The position numbers and the translations under genes were made by a program. A stretch of DNA of 64,000 nucleotides from Thalia democratica (Eukaryota), in NCBI GenBank assembly GCA_965202585.1, contig OZ241831.1:13392001-13456000 (forward strand), written 5' to 3'. Every line of letters begins with the position of its first letter. The first letter of the stretch is position 1. Below are positions 34,895 to 47,484 of this stretch, piece after piece. The notes below the pieces were generated by a model that saw only the letters and a list, made by a program, of their open reading frames with translations, did not search any database and was not told the origin of the DNA.

Positions 34895-37808
34895 TTATTT
34901 TACAAATTTAAACCTAGTTGAATGATATAAACAATGAAAAGTATTTTTTTAGAATCATGTAATTGTAATACTGAAAGTGTTTTGCATAAGTTTAATTAAA
35001 TTTAAACCTAAATGTATGTAAAGTATATAAATACTATTATATTCACCATTTTGAAAAAAAAATGCTTATTACATATCATTAAAAACTTTTTTTTGATAGT
35101 CTTTGGATACCAAAGCTTAAAATTAGTTATATGCAATCAGCGATAATTTCAGTTTTTACAACTAACTGCAGCAAATATTTAACATATATCAACTACGTTT
35201 AAATAAAGCATATAATCGACAATATTTTCTTAGTCTTGTTTATGAGGTGGAAACTTATAAAGTTAATTTTTTTAGGTAGTCTTCAAAGATTTTTTTTTTA
35301 AGGTAGTAATAGACACAATTTTTTTAAGGGATACAGCTCACGAAACTAGACCAAATAGTTAAAACTTATTAGTAATTTAATCTCTTTAAGTGTAAAAAAT
35401 TTCTAAGTCTTTTTCTAAAGTGTTTCAAACTTTAGAGGTGTAATTAATGTTTATATGTCACTTTTGTACCGGAGCCACTTAGCACGTATTCATCCTGAAT
35501 CTTACCGTAATTCTAAATATAACCTTACCCTTAAACCTAACTCTGACCCTTACTCTGATTCTAACCCTGACCTTAAACCTAACTCTGACCCTAACCTCGT
35601 GCAAAAATAACGCTCATGCAAAAGTGACTGCAAACTAATATACCTGATTAACAGCTCAAACTTACGAAAATATTTAATACTATCAGGAAAAGTTTTAACT
35701 AAAACACAATATGATACAATGAGCAGTAGGGTGTTAACAGCAGTAGTTAACAAAGGCAGCAAAATTGCCAAACTTATATCAGCAAAGAGCCACACAATTA
35801 CTTGAGAATAAATTATATATCAAACAAACATCTGTTTATCAAGTATTCACAACTTTTTATTATTGCAGTTTTAGCAATTATGGTCAAATGTTACATACTG
35901 ACAATATTATTAAAACATTTACGCACTGCCTGTCATTTTAGAAGGAAAGTTGCCTCAGTAGAAATGTAAACTGTTGTTTGTAACAACTTTGGAACTTACA
36001 GCCTGCTTTTCAGAACTTTCAAAAATTTTTGAAAAGTTTTTTAACACCAAATAGTGTCATTAAAACCCGAACAGCAGGCTACTTTAACAGACATGCAATC
36101 AGTAGTATTTAGTTTAAAGTAAATGTCAGTTGCAGTGATCATTACTTTCGTCTGAAAAAATTTAATGCGTTCCCATTTTAATGTTTTTAATAAAAAGGTA
36201 CGTAAATTGAAGATTGTATCAAGTGTTTATTAGTAATTTGCAAGTTTTTTTCTTACGTTTACTCCAACAAAAATATTTTGCTTATTTATACAGACTGAAT
36301 TGCCAGAATTCTATAAGTAAAGAGTTTAAAATCTTTTATTAAATTTTACAATTTAAAACCTACTATAATGATATATAAAATTAAATGTATTTTTTTAGAA
36401 TCATGTAATTGTAATACTAAAGGTGTTTTGCATAAGTTTAATTAAATTTAAACCTAGATGTATGTGAAGTATATTTATACTATTATAATCACCATTTGAA
36501 AAAAAAAACAGTATGCCTATTACATATCATTGAAAACTTTTTTTTTGATAGCCTTTGGATACCGAAGCTTAAAATTAGTTATATGCAAGCAGCGATAATT
36601 TTAGTTTCTACAACTAACTGCAGCAAATATTTAACATATATCAACTACGTTTAAGTAGAGCATATAATCGACAATATTTTCTTACTTAGTCTTGTTTATG
36701 AGGTGGAAAACTATCTTTATAAAAAACGATGTTTATAAAGTTATCTTTTTTAGGTAGTTTTCAAAGATTTGGTAATAAACAAAATTATTTTTTAAGACAT
36801 ACAGCTCACAAAACTAAACCGAATAGTTAAAACTTGTTAGTAATTTAATCTATTTTTAAGTGTAAGAAATTTCTAAGTCTTTTTCTAAAGTGTTTCAAAC
36901 TTTAGAGGTGTAACTAATGTTTATGTGTCACTTTTGTACCAGAGCTACTTAGCACGTATTCATCCTGAACCTTATCGTGATTCTAACCTTATCTATAACC
37001 CTACCCTTAAACCTAAGTCTGACCCTTACTCTAATTATAATCCTACCCTTAAACCTAAGTCTTACCTTAACCTCGTGCAAAAGTAACGCAAGTGATCGCT
37101 CGTATTATAAAAACTATTATATCTGATTTACAGATCATATTTATGAAAGTATTTAGTATTATCAAAAAAAAGTTGTAACTAAAAAACAATATAATACGAT
37201 GATCAAAATGGGTGTTAACAGAAATAGATAACAAAGGCAGCAAAATTGCCAGACTTATATCAGCAAGTAGCTACACAGTTACTAAAGAATAAAAATTTAT
37301 ATCAAACAAACATCTGTTTATCAAGTATTCACAACTCTTTTAATACAATTTTGGCAACTCTTGATAAATGTTACATACTGACAATATTATTAAAACATTT
37401 ACGCACTGCCTGTCATTTTAGAAGGAAAGTTGCCTTAGTAGAAATGTAAACTGCTTTTTCTAACAACTTTGGAAGTTACAGCCTGTTTTTAAGAACTTTC
37501 AAAAAATTTTAAAAAGTTTTTTAACAGCAAATACTGTCATTAAAACCCGAACAGCAGGCTACTCTAACAGACATGCAATCAGTAGTATTTAGTTTAAAGT
37601 AAATGTCAGTTGCAGTGATCATTACTTTCGTCTGAAAAAATTTAGTGCGTTCCCATTTAAATGTTTTTAATAAAAAGGTACGTAAATTGAAGATTGTATC
37701 AAGTGTTTATTAGTAATTTGCAAGTTTTTTTCTTACGTTTATTCCAACAAAAATATTTTGCTTATTTTTACAGACTGAATTGCCAGAATTCTATAAGTAA
37801 AGAGTTTA
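34895..37808. repeat. head-to-tail tandem duplication of a ~1.45-kb non-coding unit (about 34895-36328 and 36340-37808)
   Basis: Long colinear identity, for example both units end in GACTGAATTGCCAGAATTCTATAAGTAAAGAGTTTA. The 3' halves are almost identical and the 5' halves more diverged. Confidence 0.92.
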
Positions 37809-38532
37809 GATTAATAATTAATGTTTTGTTTTATTCAATTTAAAGCACAATTCCTACTTATTATGTGGAGATTTTTTTTATTGAAATCTTGCAAGTACGC
37901 TTGTAGGTAAACATTTATTAATTTAAAGTAAAACATGGTTTTAGAACACAATACTTTTTCGCTTAAACTGTTTACTCAAAGAACAATTCATACTCAAGTA
38001 GGTGCTATTGTAATTACACAGTTCTCTGTTTTAAGTGTTATTTTATTAGTTAATTGTATTTATAGTGCTTTATTTTTAAGTATGCGAAATACTATTACTG
38101 TTATTACCTTTTAATTAATTTTTTACTAAACTATATAAACTTTATAGTATCTTACTTAAAAATCTTCAAGTTTCATTTGAACAAAATAGTTGTTGTTTGC
38201 AAGTTTATGTTATCAAATTTCTACAGTTTTTAGGGTTTTATTATCTTTTAATTTTTTTTTAATTGCTTAGTTAATGCTAAAAGTTGATAACTGTGGGCTT
38301 GTAAATTATACAATGTAACAAAACTTTATATTCAAAGCACTCAGCTTGAAGACTATAGTATATTTATTTCACTCTAGTTTACTATTTTAGGCTTGATAAA
38401 CAAAATCTATAAAGATATGAAAGATTTGATATAGTAAATTTTGTTTCAAAAAACTCATTTGCAATTCTGAATGTTTATTTACAGTTTTTCGCTTAATAAC
38501 AAAAAAATATTTAAAGTTTCAAGCTGTTTTCC

Positions 38533-39990
38533 TTAACAATTGATAAAATCAAATCGCAGTGAAGGATATCCATTCCATGACACCACTTGGATTCTGAATG
38601 TTCTTGCTTCGATTGTCTTGTCAAACTTGTTAATCACTGGTGTCGATCTATCACTGTTGCCTTGAAATGTCTATGAAAAGAATTAAATAGTTTGTTTAAT
38701 TATTTCTCTCTGTTTAAAAGACCAGAAATACTGTTGCAAATGTTATTCGCAGCAAATGCATCACAATAAAAAAAAAAGAAATATTTCGAACTGTGTCAAA
38801 TCTTTGAAATTATTTTAACCAGAGTTTAAGACTGTATTACTTAACTAAACCAATTTAGTGGTTAAATTAAAAAAAAAACTATAGCATTTAAAAAAAAAAA
38901 TTAACTATGGGTCGGTTGTTTTCATCTTCAACAGTCACAAAGTTGTTCTGTCCGTCTTTTAAGTATTTTATCTGATAAGAAGTAACCCACTGGTAATCGT
39001 CCGAGTTGGGCTTACCCTGGGTCACCACCCCTGTCACGGGCACATTTTTCAGTAAATCTACTTGAATCCATAAGTCGTTGTAAACCACTCCTAAAATTTA
39101 ATTTTAAAATAATTTGACTGCGCTTTCTTTTGTAATTAAGTTGTTTACATATATGAGTTTGCTAAAACAGTAAGCTTTTCGTAAACATAAGTGTTTAAAA
39201 AACCATCAATTCTAAAAGTCAAAAGTCCCAAGTTGTAAATAAAAAGGTTATTTTTTGTACCAGATGTCCGTCGAAAAGAGTCATAGCCGCCACACCAGGC
39301 ACCTCCATAACCGCTCCTCCCAAACAACCTTCCGTGAACGCCCGAGTGGTTTTCTAAGTTGTGATAATGAGACCCGTCACTCAGTTGGCTGTCGGAAACG
39401 ACTGCTCTGTTCTGAATTCCCAAACCGCATTCTTTTAATTAAAATAAAAACTTTGCTGTAGAGTTAAAAGGAAAAAGTAGATAAATGAGTCTAATACGAC
39501 TCAAAACGTTTGATTTTTCGAGTTTGGTCAATACAAACAACTTCTTAAAATTATAATTTTCTTCTAATAAAATAAAAAAGTTGCTGCTCTTTTACCGACT
39601 ACAAGAATTTTAAAATATTTACTAGAACTTAGCTTTTTAAACAACTTATTCTAAACTAAAACAGTTTTATAACTTTTCATAGTATATTATTAAACATATA
39701 TTTTTTTAAAAATTACCTTTTGCGATATCCGTACTGCTTAGTTTTCTATAAACAAATCGCTCCACAACATCCATTCTCTTCTGCATGCTTGAAAACAGAT
39801 CCGCGTTGTCAGGACAGTCCTTCCCTGGCCACCCCAACTCGCCCTTCTCCCCTTTCGGACCCTGTTTGCCGCGCAAAGCGTGCGTAGGGGAGGCGGAATG
39901 CGGGGAGCAGACCACCCTGCAGTCGTTCAAATCATGCCCGCTTGTCAGGCGCATCAAGAAAATGCAGAATAAAATTATCACCAATTTCAT
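38533..39990 (-). CDS. secreted short-collagen + F5/8 type C (discoidin) domain protein, about 255 aa
   Basis: Exons 39990-39717, 39431-39261, 39090-38906 and 38670-38533, with phases 1/1/0. Signal peptide MKLVIILFCIFLMRLTSG, CRVVC, six Gly-X-Y triplets, helical neck, then discoidin motifs CGLGIQN...SDSQLS, GRL...GAWC, WIQVDL...VTGVVTQG, WVTSY.I.Y, FQGNSD, AR.FRI...SW.GYPSLRFD..C. Confidence 0.92.
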
Positions 39991-40025
39991 TTCGATTTTG
40001 AATCAGCTGCATAAGTTGCCGTGTA

Positions 40026-40031
40026 TTTATA
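40026..40031 (-). promoter_or_regulatory. TATA box of the collagen-discoidin gene
   Basis: TATAAA (in CCTATAAATAC) about 36 nt upstream of the ATG at 39990, with a CAGCTG E-box at 40004-40009. Confidence 0.6.
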
Positions 40032-41564
40032 GGGGTCTTGAAATTCAGCAAGTTTCTTTTGTTCGTTTTTTAAGCCGTAACCGTTGAACTGCTTTCTTTT
40101 GTTGCAACGAGTCGTTGTTGAGGTTGAAAAAAAGATGCATTCAAGATACTTAATTGACTTTCTATTGTTGTTTTTATTTCAACGTTTGTTTTAAAAATAA
40201 ACGCAAGCTAAACTTAAACTTTAAGAGCTGTTAACGTTTTCAAGCTTGCATTATTAGTTTTGAAACAAACATTAGAAAACTACAATAGGTACTAATTAAA
40301 CAAAACATACACTTGAAAACAACTTTGTTTCTTTTTTATACTTTATTAATGATTAAAAATTCAATAGAAAACTTTAACAAGTATTTTAAATTTAAGAGTT
40401 ATTCAAATATATAGTTTTAAATTTATGATTAGAAAACAAATTTCTAAGAATAAAATAAATTTTTTAAGTAACAGTCGACTTTAGTTACGATATGAAAAAT
40501 AAAAAAGTAAATGTAATAGTTTAGCTAGTACGTTTATTATTTACAGTTAGTAGTTTTTTTTTGACTACTTTGTTTTAAACTAATTTTATACATAACATAA
40601 ATTATTTAAGTTAGTTATTTTTTAGTAAGTATCACACTATTCTAATCTTTTTTAAAACTTAAGCTAAATTCATAACTTTAAACTGTAAAAAAAAAATCAA
40701 TTTATATAAAGATTTTTTGTATTTAATTTCTGTACAGTAATTGATAACGACTTACTTTAGAGACAGCTAAATGTGTTAATGTATTAAAATTCTACTAAAA
40801 TAAAGACTAAATATATAATCTTTAATGAAAACTACTCTTAAACTGAGAAGCTTTGCATAACTTTTTTTTATACTAAGTTCAATTCAATATCTTTAAGTAT
40901 GATATTTTACATAATCTATACAAATTTTGACATAATATAAAAAATTATTTGAAAGAATTCTAATATTAATAAGAAAAGTATTTATTTAAAGTTCATGCTT
41001 GTAGAAAAAAATGTAAATAATTAGATAAAGGTGGTTAAATCCTAAGTTTATTTAAATTATATTAGAAGCTATTATAATAGTTTTTCGACTATAAAAGACT
41101 TAGTATTTATAAAATACTGTTTTTGATAATTTTAAACTAGTAAACCGTTTTTTTTTTTTATAAGAGACATGTTGTTTTTTTACGCATAAAATAACTAGTT
41201 TAATCAATAGTAAATTTATATAGTTTTAAGTACTAGATTTCAAAATATAATAAACTTTTTATCTAAAGTTAGATATAAATTTTGTATATGACTGTGAAAC
41301 CCTTCTGGTAAAAAAATGTATTTTAAATAGTACGACTTAGTATCATTTTGTAACTAAACCCAAAACTTATTTAGTAACTTTCTATTGTGATAACTATTTA
41401 AAATAAACTTAGATGTTATTAATAATCTAAATAAATCTTTTTAAGATTGTATTTTTAATTTTTTATACAAAAAGACTTTTATTTATTAATATGTTTTTTT
41501 TAACATTAAAAAAAATCTAACTATAATCGTAATTTTGGCTAATATTGGTCAATTTTTAGAAAAA

Positions 41565-41912
41565 AAGTCACTTTTGCACAAGTGTTGATTTTTTAATGCA
41601 TAAATTTTGCTCGAAGCTTCATTTTTTCACGGCGTCACTTTTGCACGAGGTTAGGGCCAGACTAAGGGTCAGAGATTGGTTTGAAGTCAGGGTTATAGTT
41701 AGGTTTGATTAAGGGTAAGGATTAGAGTAAAGGTCTAAATTAGGGTTAGGATTAGGTTTAAAGTTATGATTAGGTTTAAAATGAAAACGTGTAAAGTGAT
41801 ACCGTGCAAAAGTTATTGTGTGCAAAACTGATACTTCGTGCAAAAGTGACGCTGTGCTAAAGTGACCATTCGTGCAAAAATTACGCTTCATCAAAAAGTG
41901 AAGCTTGTGAAT
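41565..41912. mobile_element. palindromic element of the CACTTTTGCAC family with internal degenerate (TTAGGG)-like repeats
   Basis: Inverted CACTTTTGCAC / GTGCAAAAGTG arrays flank ttagggttaggattagg-type repeats. The same interior appears reversed at 35520-35600 and 36980-37070. Confidence 0.7.
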
Positions 41913-42895
41913 ACAGATCCGTTCGCTTATCTATAAATTCTTTATAGATAAAAAAATGTTAACTTTTTTAATTGGTGTAAAAAAAAAAACGTAACAAGAT
42001 ACTTAAAGAAATCATTATGTTTTTTTTATCAGTCATACAAAGGTTGTAAAGCTTATTTGTCGTTTTTACGTATTACTTTTTCAGAATTTTTAACTTCAAA
42101 AAAAGAAAAATATATGATAATAAATTTAAATTTGTGATAGTAAAACATTCTTTAATACGACTAAAGTTAACAAAAATTTATTTACTTCATTAATTTGAAA
42201 CTCTTGTTCTCTTTGTCATTAAAAATTTTAATTCTTTTAACACTTATTTACTTTAATAGTATTTGCTGTTTTAACAATCGATAATAATTATTTATAACAA
42301 AAATCAACAAGCTTGAAATTCATGAGGAAATGTATATATCGATTCAATATTCTGGTTTCATGTATATAAAGTAATTTGTACTAATAGTTATTCTAACCAA
42401 CTATTTTAACTGTTTAAGATTTATTTTTTTTAGGAAGTTAAGTTTAATTAATAGTTTTTAAGTGTTATATAAAAATTAAGAAAACATAACATGCTTGTTT
42501 TAGGTTCTAAATTAGTTTTTTAAATTTAATTCTTTATTTATGTATGTATTCTTTATTAAATGACAAAAAAGTGCTCAAAAAGTCTGGTCTAAGGACCTTG
42601 TGTACGAAAAAACCTTTCCGTTATCGAATTCTGATATGACTCTATTTCGACTGATATATGACTCTATTTCAACTTAGTAAAGATAGATATCTACCACTAT
42701 TTTTTGGTATGTTAAGCAAATTGAAAACAAAGTAAACAGTTGAACAAAGTTATAGTTTAAAATGTTGTCATGTAGTTGAGACTTTAGATGGTTTTAAGTT
42801 TAGCAGTAAAAGTTTTCTTTTGTTTTTAATACTTAACTTGTAAACTGTCTCTTAAAATTCTGACGTTTTAATTTAGTCATTCATTTTTAACTCAC

Positions 42896-43280
42896 TCTAG
42901 ACATAGCAACTGACAACAAGATTGGGTTACACTCGAGAGTGGATGACACGCTCCCAATATTGAATCAACATGGAGAGTGAGTGCACTACGCAGCAGCCGG
43001 AGTCGGGCTTGTATTTCGGCTCCCTGGCACCACCGACGGGCTAACCGGCCGGATCCATCGGCCTGTGCGCTGCGGCGAAGCCTGTCGGGGCGGGGGCTTG
43101 TCCCCACTCGGGCTCCCGACTTCAACGGATCAAAGGCAGTGAGATGAATTGCAGTGAATAGCTGCTCTTACAGTCTTTAATTGGCCCGAACCTCCAAAGG
43201 TCGTTTGCAAATGATTTAGCGCCTCGCCTTTCGACGAGGGAGCTGACACTAACTCAGGGCGACGAAGTTTACTTTACAGC
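42896..43280. other. isolated GC/CpG-rich island of unknown function (candidate structured RNA, regulatory element or dead exon)
   Basis: About 385 nt of GC-rich sequence with sharp edges in AT-rich DNA, stops in all six frames, and several inverted repeats. Confidence 0.5.
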
Positions 43281-45007
43281 TCATATTAAAAAATAATTGT
43301 TATAAATTAAAATGAATTAATTATATAAATTAAATGAGCTATAAGTTACATACATAAGTTTTTAAACTTATGAACTTAATTAATTTGTTTCCCCCTTAAA
43401 GCTTTACTAGATAAATTGTCTCTGTTAAAACCAAAAATTGATAGTCGTTTATATACTTTTATACAATTTTTATTTTATACTAAAAGTTGAATTTACTGCT
43501 TTTTTAAAAATAGTTGACATTTTTTGATTTTTTGAAAATATTAAATGCTACGACTTCTTACACTTAAACATACAGGCTTCTTTTCTACCCTTGTTAAGTT
43601 AATTTAATTCAACGATAGTATAATTAAGACTAAGTTTTAAAAAGTTCAGTTAAGATTTTTTCCTGTATATAAAACAAAATTTTGACGTTTATGATTGTTG
43701 TAAAGTAGTTTATTTAGAGTATACTTGTGCAAAAAAATCTCACAGATTTTATTCTTCCGGAAAAAAAAAACAAAAGTTCCACTTTAAATTGTTATTAATT
43801 AAGCTTTTAGACTTTTTATTTAAATTTTGAGATTTATCAAAAGTAACACTGCTTTTTGCTCGTCAGTGTAATTCTAAAATAACATAGTAGTAAGGTCAGA
43901 GTTCTATCACCAAGAGACCACTAAATTACTTTAGCATTGGATTTCATTGAAATAAGTGAAAAAGTAAATTTCAATTTATAACATAACTTCCAAAGATTAC
44001 GAAGCGTTTAGAAGCCACCACTTTAATAAGTAATATAATTTAAAGTATTTACTTGGAAAATACATCAAACTTTACCGTGGAATATGAATCAACAACTGAA
44101 TGGTTTTTTTACGCTTTAATTCTTAGATCAAACTTTTTGGAGTCTTGTTGTAATGTAACGGTACTTCCCCTAAAACTTTCTGAAACAGCAAAAAAAAAGT
44201 TTCACAATTTTTTATTTTTAGTTATTAAGAAATTACTTTTTGATAAAATTTTGATATGTTTGAGTAAGGTGGATAAGGGGATAAATTAAATAAAGAAATA
44301 GTTTTTAATCTATTTTGCTTACTCAGCAAATGTTAGGAGAATCACCGTTACATTACAGTTGGACCCAGCTTTTTTAGCGCTTTTTTGTCGTTTAATAAAT
44401 TAAGAAAAAAAATTAAAACTTTACGTTTAATGTCATAGTTTATATTTAAGTTTATTCTTTTATATATAAGGTTTTTTAAAATATATATCTAGTACTTTTA
44501 GGACTTAAAGTTAAAATAATATTTTTTATACAAAGTATCAACGTAAAAAAATCCAAATTGTTTTATACTAATTTTACCTAATTTGAGTTTTAAATCCATA
44601 GACTCACAAAATTTTAAATTTACTATATGTGAAGTTTAAAATTGAGCTCAACAAAGATTATAATTACAAGTATCTAAATTGTGATAATGCTATAAAAATA
44701 TTTATAAAAATCATTAGTCTAGAACACAAAATAAGAAAAAAAGCCTAAAGTTTATAAAGATATTCGCCTCATGTCTCAGTAAAGCTTGAATCAGAATTTG
44801 TAGTTTTAAGATGGTTTGTACATTTGATCAAAATTAATAAAACAAAAATTAAAGCAATTTGCTAAATTAACTCATTTATTGTTTGTAGTAACGTTAAACT
44901 TTTTTTTCTTTTCTGTCTATTACTGAGTTCTTTGATGTATTTTTTTTTTGTGTTTGCTCACTTAAGATCTTTAAACCTCATGATTTGTCCTGGACAAGAT
45001 GTTAAAC

Positions 45008-45267
45008 CAGGGTTTCTCTAAGTGGGCCAAGTGGCCCCCTAGGGGGCCATGACAAATACTCATGGGGCCATGAGCAGCAAAGGGGAAGAGGGGAGGCCAT
45101 GAGGCCATAACTTGAAACTTACACTAGATATTCTTGAGTTGCAGATGAAGAGCAAAAAAAAAGGTGTTATGTGTATAGTTTATGAGTAACCTATATGTTG
45201 AAGGGGGCCATTGCTTTTTCAAACTCTTTAAAGGGGGGCCATTTGCAAAAAACTATGGGAAACCCTG
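45008..45267. mobile_element. hAT (Buster-type) MITE, 6852 family
   Basis: TIR CAGGGTTTC / GAAACCCTG, perfect TSD TGTTAAAC. Confidence 0.92.
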
Positions 45268-45766
45268 TGTTAAACTGTATCCATAGTATATGACTCAATA
45301 ACCAAAAGTTTTTTTTTGTACACCAGGTCCTTGGACTAAATGTTTTGAGCATGCTTATATTTTTTGCTGTTAAATATTATAACAATTCTAGACAAAGTTT
45401 CAGACAAAATTTAGAAAGGGTAACAAGAAAAATCTGAACTAAAATGATATTAAAAATAAAAATCTAAAAAAGAAAATAGTCTGTTGCTCATGGTGTACTA
45501 CAGTATACAAGGTCAATATTGGCAGTAATGAGTTAAAAAATACTTACTCTTTTATAATTTTTTTTTTAACTTTGTTAATTTATGTAAAGAAATCTTGAAA
45601 TTTTTCTTTGTATTTTCCAAGTTGAAATAGCTTAAAACAGTGTTTACAAGCAAATAGTTTGTAACTCAATGACCAAAAAGTATTTTTCCACACCAATCCA
45701 TTGATCATGTTGTTGACTGTTTGTATTTTAATTTCTAATAAAAAAATTGGTTGGCAAAAGTTTATT

Positions 45767-46135
45767 CAGGGTGGCCACTAAACCTCGAATCCTGGAAAAA
45801 CCTGGAATTTTGCATTTTAGACTAAAAAAACATGGAATTTGAGAAATTAAAAAAAGACCTAAATAAAACTGGAATTTTAAAGAAGTTTTACATAATAATT
45901 AAGTAGTAAAATTTTGATTCATAAAAATTCTATCATAAAATGAATAATTTTATAATCCATTGATTTTTTGAAAATTAAAAAAAAATGTTTACGTAGGCTT
46001 ACAGAATATTTTCAATGTTATACTACTTTTTAACATATTGTTTACCTTCAACTTAGATTTCAACTGGAAATAGACCTAAAAGCGTGTACTTTTAAAATCC
46101 TGGAAGAAATTTATCAAAAACAAGTGGCCACCCTG
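45767..46135. mobile_element. MITE with CAGGGTGGCCAC TIRs
   Basis: CAGGGTGGCCACT / AGTGGCCACCCTG and internal CCTGGAA repeats; TSD not preserved. Confidence 0.75.
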
Positions 46136-47484
46136 TATATTTCATTTTTTGTTTTGGATGACTAAAGCCAGCTAGAATATTTTTATTATACTTTAGGCTA
46201 GTTCTTTTACTTAATATTTTTTATAACTTTTTAAATTAATTAATTTTGTTGTTTTCTGTTATATTAAATTATTTTAGATAGACTAATAAACTTTATTATT
46301 ATTTTTTCTTTATTACTTGGTTTTTTCAATTTGCTCATGTAAACTCAGGTTAACCTAGGCTAGTTTTTGGTCACTCAGTTAAAACTTTTTACCTCAAAGA
46401 TTAGTAACCTTTCCAATTAAATAAATCATTTAGTGCTCTTTTCAAAGTGCATTTAGGGCTATTTAAAAGTATATTGAGGGTCCTAAAATTCATAAAATCT
46501 CATTAGTCCTTTTATTTCCAGGGTATAGCAATAAAAAAACAACCTAAAATTAAATTTGATAGAACTATTTTCACAAAAACATTTTTTTAAAGGTTTTTTC
46601 CAAGCACTTATTTTGAAAAAGAATTATAAAAAAAAGGTTTAAAATTTCAGGTTTTCAAACAACTATAATAGTTTCAACAAACACTTTACAGTAGTTTGAC
46701 AAAAAATATGATGAATTTTGAGTAGTTTTTTAACTGAAAAACCCAAAAAACACAGGTTGTTTTTTAACTTACATAACTTTAGAAGTACTTGAATCAATAA
46801 AGGAAAAGACCAGTTTTGATAACATGAAATCTAGTTTAAACCAACCAATAGTAGATTATTAAATTTTAAATTTCTTTCTAAATAAGAATTTATTTATGTA
46901 GCCTCAATTTTTCTTAATTTAAAAAGTGATGGTATCAGTGTTTTTGTTGTAAATAAGGCTTTTTAAAAAATTTAAGATTGGCTGATTTAGCATTTTTAAA
47001 GTAAAATGTATGTTATTCATGTCTGTAAAACTCAACATATATAGTTTTTTTTGAGTTTTTGTTTAAAAATCAGTACATATAACACCAAGATTTAAGCACA
47101 TTTAAAGCTTAAACGAATTAAAAAAAATTCTACTCAAAATCAACCAAAAATAATAACTTGTACAATGCTATTATTACTGTGTATTTTAAAAGCTAGACTA
47201 CCTGTAAATTTTAATATTATTAATTATTTACTTTATCTTTTCAATTTACATTAAATAAAAAACAAAATACAGTAGTTTGAATTCACAATATTTTAAAACT
47301 TTGTTTGTATTTAAACTGTTATGTGCTACTGATTGATTTTTTTTTTCTTTCGTTTAAATTGCTACTGATTTAGGTAATGATTATTTTTTAGAAGCCTTTT
47401 GTATAAAAATACCTTGTATTATATCAACTATAATTAAATAAATATTTAGCGTAAGTACTTGTCTAAACATAACAAAAAGTCAAA

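Noticed and set aside
43237-43248. 12-nt GTCAGCTCCCTC (minus) recalled from human RNase MRP RNA, and an HDV-ribozyme-like CUCCCUCG loop
   Set aside because: The position is inconsistent with the MRP domain order, and HDV P1/P2/P3 pairings cannot be formed. Treated as coincidence.
42903-43289. Plus-strand frame interrupted only by four TGA codons (multi-selenocysteine protein?)
   Set aside because: Lack of TAA/TAG over ~125 GC-rich codons is plausible by chance across six frames. There is no recognisable selenoprotein motif or SECIS, and no start or splice context.
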